This document shows, piece by piece, positions 29,601-39,360 of a stretch of 64,000 nt of DNA (its first letter is position 1; each line of letters opens with the position of its first letter). This DNA is from Longimicrobiales bacterium (GTDB lineage: Bacteria > Gemmatimonadota > Gemmatimonadetes > Longimicrobiales > Gaopeijiaceae). Under the pieces are notes generated by a model that was not told the DNA's origin, made no database searches, and worked only from the letters and a program-made list of their open reading frames with translations. Both the position numbers and the translations under genes were made by a program. Location: positions 896,001 to 960,000 of the forward strand of contig CBDAON010000004.1 in the NCBI GenBank assembly GCA_965198065.1, given 5' to 3'.

Positions 29601-30536
29601 ATGATCGAGGCGCGCTCCTCCGCTCGCCCGGCCTGGCTGGGCGGAGGTGCGATCTTCCTGGCGGTGCTGACGCTGGTGGGCGCCGTTTGGACGTTCCGGC
29701 CCACCTCAGACGAGCCGCCCCTGCCTCCGATGGCGGGCACCAGTGATCTTTCGCGGTTCCGCGCCGACGCATGGTTCCTGCCGGCCGAGGAGCTCCTGGG
29801 GTTCGTGGAGATCCCCGCCGGCCCGTTCCTCATGGGGAGCGACCCGGGTCTCGATCCCCTCGCTTTCGACAACGAGCATTGGCTGGACACCGGGGGCCGA
29901 GCGACGGTGGAGCTTCCAACCCTCTACGTCGCCCGGTACGAGGTGACCGTAGCGCAGTTCCGTGCGTTCGTGGAAGCGACCGGGGACCGCGCCGACCCGG
30001 CGGCCGTCACCGGACTCGCGGACCATCCGGTGGTCGCCGTCTCGTGGACTGACGCCTTGAGCTACGCGGGTTGGCTCGAGGGGCAGCTGCGGGAGTCTCG
30101 GGAAACACCCGCCGAGCTGGCCCGTCTCCTCGGGGAGGGCTGGCGGGTCGCCCTTCCCACGGAGGCCGAATGGGAGAAGGCGGCTCGGGGCACCGACGGA
30201 CGGATCTACCCCTGGGGAGACGAGCCCAGGCAGGACCGAGCCAATTTCATGAGCGGAGGCACCCAGCCGGTTGGAAGTTTTCCCTGTCCGGAATGCCCCC
30301 ACGGCCTCGCCGACATGGCGGGGAATGTTTGGGAGTGGACCCGTACTCCCTTCCAGGCTGCTCCCTACGATGGGGGAGCGAGTCCCACCGATCTGGGGGA
30401 GGATGCCATCTGGGTCATGCGGGGCGGGTCGTTCACCGATCCCGAGCGGAACGTGCGCGCGGCCATCCGCGGAGGTGCCGATCCCGGCGCCCGGCGCCCA
30501 TTCATCGGTTTCCGGCTAGTAATCAGCCGACCCTAA
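29601..30536 (+). CDS. Membrane-anchored FGE-sulfatase (SUMF1-like) domain protein
   Basis: IPAGPFLMGS, RYEVTVAQF, LPTEAEWEKAARG, GLADMAGNVWEW, RGGSF and GFRL; N-terminal TM helix. Confidence 0.9.
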   Translation: MIEARSSARPAWLGGGAIFLAVLTLVGAVWTFRPTSDEPPLPPMAGTSDLSRFRADAWFLPAEELLGFVEIPAGPFLMGSDPGLDPLAFDNEHWLDTGGRATVELPTLYVARYEVTVAQFRAFVEATGDRADPAAVTGLADHPVVAVSWTDALSYAGWLEGQLRESRETPAELARLLGEGWRVALPTEAEWEKAARGTDGRIYPWGDEPRQDRANFMSGGTQPVGSFPCPECPHGLADMAGNVWEWTRTPFQAAPYDGGASPTDLGEDAIWVMRGGSFTDPERNVRAAIRGGADPGARRPFIGFRLVISRP

Positions 30537-30548
30537 CCCCCGTCCCCC

Positions 30549-30589
30549 AAAAAAGCGCCGGGCCCCGGGTATGAATCCCGGAGCCCGGC
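30549..30589 (-). terminator. Intrinsic terminator between convergent genes
   Basis: GC-rich stem-loop followed by T6 on the minus strand. Confidence 0.7.
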
Positions 30590-30609
30590 CCGCTGAAGGT
30601 GTGAGACGC

Positions 30610-32715
30610 TCAGGGAAGCGTCAGAGCGAAATAACCGGCCGGCAAGCCCTGCTGGGCGCTGGACGAGTTCACTACGATGTACTGCTTGCCTTCGTGCATG
30701 AACGACATCATCCCGTACGAGCCAGGCGACGGGAGCTCGGTCGTCGCGACGACCTCACCCGTCCGCTTGTCACGGGCGTTGAGCAATGGCGGACCGGCGC
30801 CGCCCCCCCGGCCGCCGCCGCCCGTCTGGAGCAGGAGGTCGCCCATGACCATCTGGATGCCGCCCCCTGAAGACCCCGTATTGGGAACATCCACTCCCTG
30901 CAGGAGGGGGTGGTTCTCGTAGCTGGCGGGTAGGCCGCCCATGGGCTGGTCCCAGATCTTTGTGCCCGTGTTCATGTCGATGGCAACGAGCCCACCGTAG
31001 GGCGTGTAGATCGGCAGACCGTCTATGTTATCTAAGCCGGGGTCGTTGCCGCCGGGCATCCAGGGAACCGGCGTTCTGCCCGTAGTGGGCGTGGTGGTCG
31101 AGCCGGGCGCAAAATCGGTGAAGTCCACGTCCACCCCCCCCGTGGGCTCCACTTGGCCCGAGGTTCCGCACCTCCGGGAGTGCGAGGCGTACATGATTCC
31201 GGTCGTGGGATCCGCGACTGCCGGCGTGGGAATGTTGAGGCCCCCCATGCCGCAGTTGATCATGGCTACGTATTCGTTCTGGTGATCGAAGGGGAGCGGC
31301 GGCGCGTAGGTCCCACCTATGTTGTAGTTCTCCAGGATCTCCAGCGCCCGTGCCCTTAGCTCCGGAGTGTAGTTGATGATGTACTTGTCAGTCAGACCGT
31401 CGAGGACAATCGAATCCAGCGGCGACGGAAGGGTCGGATAGGGCTGGGTCGGCGACGTCCAGTCGCCCGGGACCTGCGTCTGAGGAACCGGTCGCTCCTC
31501 GATGGGCCAGATCGGCTCCCCGGTCTCCCGGTTGAACGCGAAGACGAGCCCCTGCTTCGTGTTCTGGATGAGCGCCGGGATCTCCTGCCCGTCCACCGTG
31601 AGGTCCAGCAGGATCGGCGCGGCCGGAAGGTCGTAGTTCCAGCGGTCGCTGCGGTGGATCTGGAAGTGCCACCTACGCTCCCCTGTCTGGACATCCAGCG
31701 CGACGACGCTCCCGCCAAAGAGGTTGGTCCCCGGGCGAAAGCCCGTGAAGGACTGGATCGTCGAGGCGTTTGTGACCAAGTATACGAGCCCGAGCTCCGG
31801 ATCGGCGGACGCGGGAGCCCACTGGCCCATGTTCCCCGTCCACTGCCAGGCGTCGCTCTCCCAGGTGTCGTGGCCGAACTCACCGGGACGCGGCAGGACG
31901 TGGAACTTCCAAAGATGCTCTCCGGTCCTGGCGTCGTAACCCGAGAGGTCGCCCGGGACGTTCTCGATCCGGGTTTGGCCGTAAGCAGGCTGGTGGGCCG
32001 TCTGCGCCACGATGACCCCGTTCACGACGATCGGGGGCGAGGAGCTCGTGACCATCCCCAGCTCCCTGGGGATCCCATAGTCCGGGTCGTAGGTCCCCCC
32101 CGCGGCCGTGTAGTCCAGCCACGGCCCCCAATCCCCGATGAGGTCCGGGAGCAGGTCGACGACCCCAGTCTGCGGGAAGGTATCGATCCCTACGGGCGAG
32201 CCCCAGCCCTCCACGGGCAGCCCCGTCTTGGCATCCAGGGCCCACAGGAAGAACGCAGGCGACGTGATATAGATTACGCCTCGTCCGTCTATTTCCCCGT
32301 AAGCGACGCCCTTTCCGTGCGCCGCCCTGGGCGACCGCTGGTACCTCGTGGTGTTGGGCTCACGGAAGGTCCAGAGCGTCTCTCCCGTCGCCGGATCGAT
32401 CGCAACCACCTGGCGGCGGCTGCCCGACACGGTGTAGAGCATCCCGTCTACGTAGATCGGGGTTCCCCGGGCCGAGTAGGTGGGTGACGGCCCCATGTTG
32501 TCGCCCCGCCAGGTCCAGGCCACCTCCAGGTCGCCAAAGTTGGAGGCGTTGATCTGGGTCAGGGCCACATTGGACCGGGTGGCGCCAGCATCGCCGATGA
32601 AGTAACGCCACTCTCCGTTCTCCAGGCCCGTGAGCTGCGCGGATCCGGGCATCGCGACGCCGAGCGCGATCGCGAGAGCAAGGACGCCTGAAATGCTCCG
32701 ATGTCGAGTTGTCAT
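30610..32715 (-). CDS. Secreted PQQ-dependent (glucose/quinate-type) dehydrogenase
   Basis: Signal peptide; QINASNFGDLEVAWTW; repeated A.D..TG...W propeller motifs; WNYDLPAAPIL. Confidence 0.9.
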   Translation of the reverse strand: MTTRHRSISGVLALAIALGVAMPGSAQLTGLENGEWRYFIGDAGATRSNVALTQINASNFGDLEVAWTWRGDNMGPSPTYSARGTPIYVDGMLYTVSGSRRQVVAIDPATGETLWTFREPNTTRYQRSPRAAHGKGVAYGEIDGRGVIYITSPAFFLWALDAKTGLPVEGWGSPVGIDTFPQTGVVDLLPDLIGDWGPWLDYTAAGGTYDPDYGIPRELGMVTSSSPPIVVNGVIVAQTAHQPAYGQTRIENVPGDLSGYDARTGEHLWKFHVLPRPGEFGHDTWESDAWQWTGNMGQWAPASADPELGLVYLVTNASTIQSFTGFRPGTNLFGGSVVALDVQTGERRWHFQIHRSDRWNYDLPAAPILLDLTVDGQEIPALIQNTKQGLVFAFNRETGEPIWPIEERPVPQTQVPGDWTSPTQPYPTLPSPLDSIVLDGLTDKYIINYTPELRARALEILENYNIGGTYAPPLPFDHQNEYVAMINCGMGGLNIPTPAVADPTTGIMYASHSRRCGTSGQVEPTGGVDVDFTDFAPGSTTTPTTGRTPVPWMPGGNDPGLDNIDGLPIYTPYGGLVAIDMNTGTKIWDQPMGGLPASYENHPLLQGVDVPNTGSSGGGIQMVMGDLLLQTGGGGRGGGAGPPLLNARDKRTGEVVATTELPSPGSYGMMSFMHEGKQYIVVNSSSAQQGLPAGYFALTLP

Positions 32716-32943
32716 TCTTCCTCCCGCAGAAAACGACGTGGGAAACGCCCACCTGAACTGCGCCTGGGATCGTCACGCCCCAGAGCCGGGCTTCCAATGG
32801 CCAGGTCGCGATACCGGTGGCTAGTATCGATGACAAGTTACGTGGGACACCAATATCCGGAAAGGGTGAGAATACTCGACGAGCCTTGGCATCACACAGC
32901 CCCCCCCGAAAGCATCCGAAACGGACCGCACACCTCCAAGGTG

Positions 32944-32983
32944 AAAAAACGAGAAAGGCCCCGTCTCCATTGAGGAAACGGGG
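32944..32983 (-). terminator. Intrinsic terminator after the tRNA 5'-half remnant
   Basis: CCCCGTTTCC-TCAAT-GGAGACGGGG, then a T-rich tail. Confidence 0.7.
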
Positions 32984-33016
32984 TCTCGATGAGTCTTGGG
33001 AAACGCCCGGTTCTGA

Positions 33017-33053
33017 TCCAAAGACCGGTGTCCTGCCACTAGACGACGGGCCA
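33017..33053 (-). repeat. Duplicated 5' half of tRNA-Gln (pseudo-tRNA or att site)
   Basis: TGGCCCGTCGTCTAGTGGCAGGACACCGGTCTTTGGA, 36/37 identical to the 5' half of the intact tRNA, ending at the anticodon loop. Confidence 0.9.
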
Positions 33054-33103
33054 TCGAGCGGACCAGGGGCGCACGGCCGGCGCCTGGAGGCCGTGCCCCG
33101 CCG

Positions 33104-34087
33104 CTACATGATCGGCCGGCTCACCACCGCACGCCCGATCATGTTCGCGTCCGTTCCGAACCAGAGCATTCCCGTCCGCTCGTCGAACATCATGTTGCGG
33201 ATGTTCCCGCTCACCTCGAGGTTCGAGAAGATTTGCTCCGCGGCCGGATCGAAGCCGATCAGACGCTTCTCGGGCCCGGTGAGCGAGTACCAGATCCGCC
33301 CCTCCCCGTCGGCGTTTACTGCGTACGGGCGGGAGTCGCCGCCGCCTGGCGCGGCCCATTCCGTAGACTCCCCCGTGTTCGGATCGAGCTGGCCGAGATA
33401 CCCTAGAGCGTAGTCCGTATACCAGATCATCCCGTCGGGCGTGACCGCTATGCGACGGTTCCGAGTCTCCGCCGTCCCAACCGGGTACCTGGTCACGTCC
33501 ATCGTTTCCGGATCGATCCTGGCGATCAGGTTCGTCGCGAAGAGGTTGGCCCACGGGCTCCCCTCGGAATCCATCACGATCCCGTAGGGATTGGCCTGCC
33601 GGGAGTACGGGTTGTTGATGATCTCGATCTGGCCAGTCGCCATGTTGAGACGGCCGATCCGACTCGCGCCCTGCGCGGTGAACCAGATGTTCCCCGCGCC
33701 GTCGAACGTCGCCGTGTGGGGGTCACGCACGGCCGGGTCGGGCATCATGAAGATCTCGACCTCGCCCGTAGCCGGATCCAGCTTCCCGATCCGGCCGTTC
33801 CGGTTCCCCATGTACCACACGAACCCCTCCCCGTCCACGATCAGGCTGTGGGGGTTCGTTCCGCCCTCGATCTCGAAGCGTCGGAACTGCTCCGTCTCCG
33901 GGTCGAGGCGCGCGATGTAGTTCCCCTGCTGACCCACGAACCAGACATGGCCGTTCGGGGCCACGTACGGATCCCGCGTTCGCCCGCCCCACTCCACGGA
34001 CCACTCCTGCAGGTCGATGGTTTGCGCGGGCAGCGGGGAAGTGAGCCCAACGAGCCCGGTCAGGACCAGAAGAATCAGTTGTCTCAT
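33104..34087 (-). CDS. Vgb (virginiamycin B lyase)-like beta-propeller protein, secreted
   Basis: Signal peptide MRQLILLVL...; repeats of DG..W......IG.LDP.TG. Confidence 0.85.
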   Translation of the reverse strand: MRQLILLVLTGLVGLTSPLPAQTIDLQEWSVEWGGRTRDPYVAPNGHVWFVGQQGNYIARLDPETEQFRRFEIEGGTNPHSLIVDGEGFVWYMGNRNGRIGKLDPATGEVEIFMMPDPAVRDPHTATFDGAGNIWFTAQGASRIGRLNMATGQIEIINNPYSRQANPYGIVMDSEGSPWANLFATNLIARIDPETMDVTRYPVGTAETRNRRIAVTPDGMIWYTDYALGYLGQLDPNTGESTEWAAPGGGDSRPYAVNADGEGRIWYSLTGPEKRLIGFDPAAEQIFSNLEVSGNIRNMMFDERTGMLWFGTDANMIGRAVVSRPIM

Positions 34088-34249
34088 GATGTGTTCTCGG
34101 GGTTCCAAGGTCAGTGCGACCTTCTGAGCATGGCTCTCGATTCCAAGACAATCGGGGTGGCTTTTCGCTGTCCCATGATGCCTTCGCGCTCGGCCAGGGC
34201 GCAAGCACGGGAGCTCTCGCCGCCGCCCGAGGTCACCGTGTTTGGGCAG

Positions 34250-35233
34250 CTACCGCCCCTCTGTGACGGACGTCCGGGTTCGGAGGACCCGCACGTCACC
34301 GACGGCCGAAGCCCCGCGCTCGAGCGCGTCCTGGTCGTCGAACACGCCGAACACGGCCGCCCCGCTCCCGCAAAGGAGGGCCGGCCCCCCACCCGCCCCG
34401 AGGAGGGCCGCCTTGATCAGCGCGAGCTCCGGCCGGAGTGGAAAGAGCGCCTCCTCGAAGTCGTTCTGAGCTTCGTCCCCAACACCGGCCCATTCGTCGC
34501 TCGGGCCCGGGCCCTCCCTGTAGCCGAACCTCGGGCGAGCCGGAGCTTCGCGCTCTCGGGCCCTGCGAGAGGCCAGGACCCCGTAGGCCCAGTCCGTTGA
34601 AATCGGAGGCTCGGGAACGGCGAGGAGCACGTCCCGAGGAGGGAGGGCCGGCAGCTCGAGTACGCGTTCCCCTCGACCCCACGCCACGGCACGGGCGGCC
34701 CCCGACACAAAGAAGGGCACGTCGGAGCCGATCCCGGCTCCGAGACGCATGAGATCCGCTTGTGGGAGAGCTTCTTCCAGGAGGGCATTCAGCCCTCGAA
34801 GGACAGCCGCCGCGTCGGAGGATCCGCCACCCAGGCCGGCTCCGTGAGGAATCCGCTTCGAGAGGTGCACCCGGATCCCAGGGAGCCGCGTCCCACGCGT
34901 CGCCAGGACCCGCCGAAAGCCCTCGGCGGCACGAACCGCAAGGTTCGCCTCGGGGGGACCTAGCGCTCCCTCGGCCACGCCCTCCAGCTCCAGCTGATCG
35001 GAGTCTCGGTCGAGGAAATCCAGCCTCAGGGTGTCCGCGAGCTCGACCGTATGAAGGACGGTCTCGATCCGGTGGTAGCCGTCCTCCCCCCGCTCCAGGA
35101 CCCGGAGGAGGAGATTCACCTTCGCGGGCGCATCCCCCGTCCAGGAGTTCGCCACCCATCCCAAGTGGCGAGTCACCGCCCCCAGCGCCCGCTCGCCCGC
35201 CGAGTCATCGGCCCCGCGGCTCCCTCGTGCCAC
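34250..35233 (-). CDS. ispE: 4-(cytidine 5'-diphospho)-2-C-methyl-D-erythritol kinase
   Basis: APAKVNLLL, KRIPHGAGLGGGSSDAA and IGSDVPFF. Start may be ~35156. Confidence 0.95.
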   Translation of the reverse strand: MARGSRGADDSAGERALGAVTRHLGWVANSWTGDAPAKVNLLLRVLERGEDGYHRIETVLHTVELADTLRLDFLDRDSDQLELEGVAEGALGPPEANLAVRAAEGFRRVLATRGTRLPGIRVHLSKRIPHGAGLGGGSSDAAAVLRGLNALLEEALPQADLMRLGAGIGSDVPFFVSGAARAVAWGRGERVLELPALPPRDVLLAVPEPPISTDWAYGVLASRRAREREAPARPRFGYREGPGPSDEWAGVGDEAQNDFEEALFPLRPELALIKAALLGAGGGPALLCGSGAAVFGVFDDQDALERGASAVGDVRVLRTRTSVTEGR

Positions 35234-36245
35234 TCAGCCCGATCCCCTCCGTCCGGCGCAGATCCGAAACGCTCAGCCCCACGCGCGCCGCGTACCACAG
35301 ACCCAGGAGCGTGACGGGGAGGAAGCTGCCCAGGTGGTATCCGAACGCGAACGCGAGCGTGGGCCCTTCGGCGACCCCGTAGACCTCGTGGAGCGCGATC
35401 ACCGCCGCTGCCTGGAACGTCCCCACGTACCCCGGGGCGGCCGGAACCGCCACGCCCAACGTGATGATCGCCTGGACGAAGAGAGCGGTCACGTATCCCT
35501 GCTCGATCCCGAAGGCCCAAAGGCCCACGAGATACGAGAGGCCGTTCCATGCCCAGAAGGCGAAGGACCAGATCACGCTCAAGGAGAGAAGGCGCGGGCT
35601 TCGTAGCGCACCCAGGCCCCGAAGGAACGCCTCCAGGAACTCGGTGATCAGGTGACCCGCCCGTCCGGGCAGATGCGGAGCGACGCGCCGAGCCAGGCTC
35701 ACCAGCGGATTCGGGAGAAGGAGCGGGACGAGGAGGACCGACACTGTCAGGACGAGCACCACGGCCACGCCGGGAAGAAGCGACTCGAGGGAACGCCCTC
35801 CGACCGTGACACTGCCGGGGAAGCTGGGGTGGAGGACGGCGACGAGGAGCAGGCCGAATACCGCAAGGAGATCCATGAAGCGCTCCACGACGATGGAACC
35901 GAACGTGGCGCTCACGGTCACGGATTCGAGCCTGGCAAACGACCAGGCGCGGGCGAACTCCCCCATTCGCGCCGGGAGGACGTTGTTCAGGCCGAACCCG
36001 ATGTTCACCGCGGCAAATCTGGAGTGGAGACGGGTGCCGGGCCGCACCGGGTGAAGAAAGACCCCCCAGCGGAGCGCCCGGATCAGGAATCCCGAGGTCG
36101 TGATCGCGACGGCGAGGAGTAGGAGCCAGAGGTTCGCCCCACGGACCTCGGCCCACACCTGACGCGGATCCACGTCGCGGAGGACCCACCAGATGAGGAG
36201 CGCGCTGACCGCGATCCCGAGAACGGCCTTCCAGCCCCGCCTCAC
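35205..36245 (-). CDS. Lysylphosphatidylglycerol synthase TM / flippase-like membrane protein
   Basis: RALRW, NNVLPARMGEFAR, VVERFMD and PAAPGYVGTF. Confidence 0.88.
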   Translation of the reverse strand: MRRGWKAVLGIAVSALLIWWVLRDVDPRQVWAEVRGANLWLLLLAVAITTSGFLIRALRWGVFLHPVRPGTRLHSRFAAVNIGFGLNNVLPARMGEFARAWSFARLESVTVSATFGSIVVERFMDLLAVFGLLLVAVLHPSFPGSVTVGGRSLESLLPGVAVVLVLTVSVLLVPLLLPNPLVSLARRVAPHLPGRAGHLITEFLEAFLRGLGALRSPRLLSLSVIWSFAFWAWNGLSYLVGLWAFGIEQGYVTALFVQAIITLGVAVPAAPGYVGTFQAAAVIALHEVYGVAEGPTLAFAFGYHLGSFLPVTLLGLWYAARVGLSVSDLRRTEGIGLSGTREPRGR

Positions 36246-36278
36246 GGGCCCGGCTCCACCTCGGCACCCGATCGGCGA

Positions 36279-37049
36279 TCAGTACCCAATCGGCGGCACC
36301 CACCGCCCGGGCTCGCCAACGCGCGCCGGAGCCTCGTTCATCAGCTGGTGCATCTCCCGAACCGCTCGCTCCAGTCCGACGAGCACCGCCCTGGATACGA
36401 TCGAGTGCCCGATGTTCAGCTCCTCGATGCCCGGCAGGGCGGCAACCGGGGTCACGTTCTCGTACGTGAGCCCGTGCCCCGCGTGGGCCGCGACCCCGAG
36501 CTCCCTCCCCAACCGGGCCGCCCGCAGGAGCCTCTGGAGCTCCGCCGCGCGGTCTTCGTCTCCGCGCGCGTTGGCGTACGAACCCGTATGGAGCTCGATC
36601 GCCTCGACGCCCAGATCGGCGGAAGCGCGAACGGCCCTCTCGTCGGGATCCACGAAAAGGGACACTCGGATCCGGGCGTCCTTCAACCGACCAACCGCGC
36701 GCGCGATCCCCGCCCGGACGCCGCCGGCGCCCAGGTCTAGCCCCCCCTCCGTCGTGACCTCGTCCCGGCGCTCCGGCACGAGCGTCGCCTGCATGGGCTG
36801 GATCTCGCAAGCGATGTCCAGGATCGCGGGATCCACCGCCAGCTCGAGGTTCACGCCGGTCCGGACGGTCTGGACGAGCAGCCGGATGTCCCGGTCCTGG
36901 ATGTGCCGCCGATCCTCGCGAAGATGGACGGTAATCCCGTCCGCCCCGGCGAGCTCGACGAGCGCCGCGGCACGCACGGGGTCCGGCTCGTCGGTGCCCC
37001 GCGCCTCTCGCAGCGTCGCCACGTGGTCCACGTTGACGTAGAGTCTCAC
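36279..37049 (-). CDS. pdxJ: Pyridoxine 5'-phosphate synthase
   Basis: [34 protein letters not shown] and ELNIGHSI. Confidence 0.97.
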   Translation of the reverse strand: MRLYVNVDHVATLREARGTDEPDPVRAAALVELAGADGITVHLREDRRHIQDRDIRLLVQTVRTGVNLELAVDPAILDIACEIQPMQATLVPERRDEVTTEGGLDLGAGGVRAGIARAVGRLKDARIRVSLFVDPDERAVRASADLGVEAIELHTGSYANARGDEDRAAELQRLLRAARLGRELGVAAHAGHGLTYENVTPVAALPGIEELNIGHSIVSRAVLVGLERAVREMHQLMNEAPARVGEPGRWVPPIGY

Positions 37050-37909
37050 GAGTACCTCTCGAAGAGCTCGGCGATCTCCGCCGCCGTCGCGGGCGGCAGC
37101 CCCTCGCCAATCCATGCCAGGCCCCGCACTCCCAACGCCGAGTAGAGTCGCGCGTCGGCCGGCTCCAGCGTTCTGAGGTGCAGGGCAATCGTCTCGACGT
37201 CCCCCCGCAGGAGGGGGCCGGTGAGCGCACGATCTACCCCCAGCTCTTTAGCGTTCTCGAGCGCCCCTATCGCGAGCGTCGCGAGCGCCTGCTCGGCGTC
37301 TTCGCGGTCCGCTCCAGCCTGCTCGAGCAGTCGGGTGGCCTCGTGAAGGAGAAGGACCGCGTAGCTCGAGGCGAGCACCGCCGCCGCGTGGTAGAGAGGA
37401 CGCCGTGTCGTGGGCACCGCGATCGAACGCCCTCCCAGAAGCGAGACCAAGCGTCGACCGACGAAGAGGGCCTCTGGCTCTCCGGAGAGCGCGAAGAAGG
37501 CGCCCAGGAGCCGATCGGGACCGACCGTCGCGTTCGGTATGGCGCGAAGCGGGTGCAGGGTCCCTACCGAGTACCCGCGAGCATGAAGGGAGGCGAGGGG
37601 ATCCGCCCCAAGAGCTCCCGAGCAGTGGAGGACCGCACAGCTGCCGGGCGCCTCGCCCCGTTCGGAGAGGGCGTGCGAGACGTCCGCGATCGCCCGGTCG
37701 GGGACTGTCAGGATGACGGCGGTCGTACCGGTCTCGGGACGGTCGATCCCGAAATGGTACCGGGCGAGCCCGTCGTCGAAGAGGGGATGCCGAGGCGGCT
37801 CAGCGTGCCGCCCCATGACCGTGACCTGCGTCCGCCGGTCGGCCCGCGCCACGGCGTAGGCCAGAGAGAGCCCCAGGCGCCCCGGCCCCACGAAGACGAG
37901 CCGCTCCAT
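37046..37909 (-). CDS. Rossmann-like/DUF2520 oxidoreductase (PanG-like)
   Basis: [25 protein letters not shown] and [10 protein letters not shown]. Confidence 0.88.
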   Translation of the reverse strand: MERLVFVGPGRLGLSLAYAVARADRRTQVTVMGRHAEPPRHPLFDDGLARYHFGIDRPETGTTAVILTVPDRAIADVSHALSERGEAPGSCAVLHCSGALGADPLASLHARGYSVGTLHPLRAIPNATVGPDRLLGAFFALSGEPEALFVGRRLVSLLGGRSIAVPTTRRPLYHAAAVLASSYAVLLLHEATRLLEQAGADREDAEQALATLAIGALENAKELGVDRALTGPLLRGDVETIALHLRTLEPADARLYSALGVRGLAWIGEGLPPATAAEIAELFERYS

Positions 37910-37967
37910 CAGGTCGAACGGGACTCCGCCCGAGAGAGGGCAGACCGGGGGCAGGCGGCACGACGGA

Positions 37968-39251
37968 TCACGGCTCGGCCAGCTCGACCTCCGGGTCCCG
38001 CCTAAGACGTCCCAGCAGGGCCGCCGGCACCCTCGCCGTCAGCCGCAGCCGGGATCCGTTTTCCTGGACGGAGATGACCTCCCCCTCCCGATGCACGGCC
38101 GCGAGCACGCCGCCCGCCCCCGCGGGGAGCTCCATCTCGACCCGGGGATGCCTCAAACGGACCCGAGCCCGGAGCGCTTCGACGAGCGGATCGAGCCCGC
38201 CGGCCTCCACGGCGGAGACGAAGACGGCGGGCGTCCCCCCCAGCGCTCGGGCTCTCGCCGCATGTATCTGCTCCTCCTCGTGCGTCAACCGATCGACCTT
38301 GTTGCACAAGAGGATCTGCGGACGGTGCGCGAGATCGAGCTCACCCAGGACTTGGTCGACGACCTCCCTCTGCGCCTCCCACTCGGGGTGCGAGAGGTCG
38401 ATCACGTGGAGGAGAAGGTCGGCCTCGCGGGCCTCTTCCAGAGTCGATCGGAATGAAGCGACCAGGTGGTGGGGGAGCTTCCGAATGAAGCCCACCGTGT
38501 CGGTCACGAGGGCGGCGTATCCGTGGCCCAGCTCCACCTGTCGGGTCGCGGGGTCCAGGGTCGCGAAGAGCCGATCCTCCACAAATAGCTCGTCTCCGGA
38601 CAGGCTCCTGAGCACGGAGGACTTCCCGGCGTTCGTGTACCCGACGAGGGCAGCCCGAAAGTGTCCGTGCCTGCGCTTCCTCTGCGTAGCGCGCTGCGAG
38701 GCCACCGCCTTCAATCTCTTCCTGAGCCCGGAGATGCGCCGTCCGATGAGCCGCCGGTCCGTTTCGATCTGGGCCTCGCCCGGTCCACGCAGCCCGATGC
38801 CGCCCCGGATTCGGGACAGGTGGGTCCACATGCGGGCCAGCCGGGGGAGGAGGTACTCGAGCTGGGCGAGCTCCACCTGAAGCTTCGCTTCCCTGGACCG
38901 CGCGCGTGAGGCAAAGACGTCCAGGATCAGCTCGGACCGGTCCATGACCCGTACCTCGATCGACCGCTCCAGGTTCTTGGCCTGGTCCGGCTTCAGGTCG
39001 TCGTCGAAGATCACGAGATCCGCCTCGCGCTCCCTTACGAAACGGCGGAGCTCGGTCACCTTCCCCGAGCCGATCAGAGTCTGTGGAGTGGGGGAGTCCA
39101 ACCGCTGAATGAGCTCGCCGACGACCTCTCCACCGGCGGTGGCAGTCAGGCGCTCGAGCTCCTGCATGTGCTCGCGGACGATCCTTTCATCGACCGAGCG
39201 GGACGGGGCACCCACCAGGACCGCTCGCTCAGGCTTCCGCCCGTTTTCCAA
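37968..39251 (-). CDS. hflX: GTPase HflX
   Basis: GIGLRGPGEAQIETDRR, GYTNAGKSS, LFATLD, DTVGFI and NKVD. Start uncertain (TTG at 39251 chosen). Confidence 0.96.
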   Translation of the reverse strand: MENGRKPERAVLVGAPSRSVDERIVREHMQELERLTATAGGEVVGELIQRLDSPTPQTLIGSGKVTELRRFVREREADLVIFDDDLKPDQAKNLERSIEVRVMDRSELILDVFASRARSREAKLQVELAQLEYLLPRLARMWTHLSRIRGGIGLRGPGEAQIETDRRLIGRRISGLRKRLKAVASQRATQRKRRHGHFRAALVGYTNAGKSSVLRSLSGDELFVEDRLFATLDPATRQVELGHGYAALVTDTVGFIRKLPHHLVASFRSTLEEAREADLLLHVIDLSHPEWEAQREVVDQVLGELDLAHRPQILLCNKVDRLTHEEEQIHAARARALGGTPAVFVSAVEAGGLDPLVEALRARVRLRHPRVEMELPAGAGGVLAAVHREGEVISVQENGSRLRLTARVPAALLGRLRRDPEVELAEP

Positions 39252-39360
39252 GTGCGCTCTCGGTATGGCTCGTGCCCTCCTCGGGTGCCAGTTCGATGCC
39301 GCTCGACGAGGCGCCGTGGGGGAGACCGGCGCCGCGTACCCGCCGGATCCGTCCTCCCTC

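Noticed and set aside
29601..30536. FGE (CLec-fold) protein as a diversity-generating retroelement target
   Set aside because: No template repeat or reverse transcriptase was seen in the window.
33017..33053. Split or intron-containing tRNA interpretation of the 5' half
   Set aside because: An intact tRNA-Gln exists at 25538-25608, no intron-like structure follows, and a terminator lies immediately downstream.
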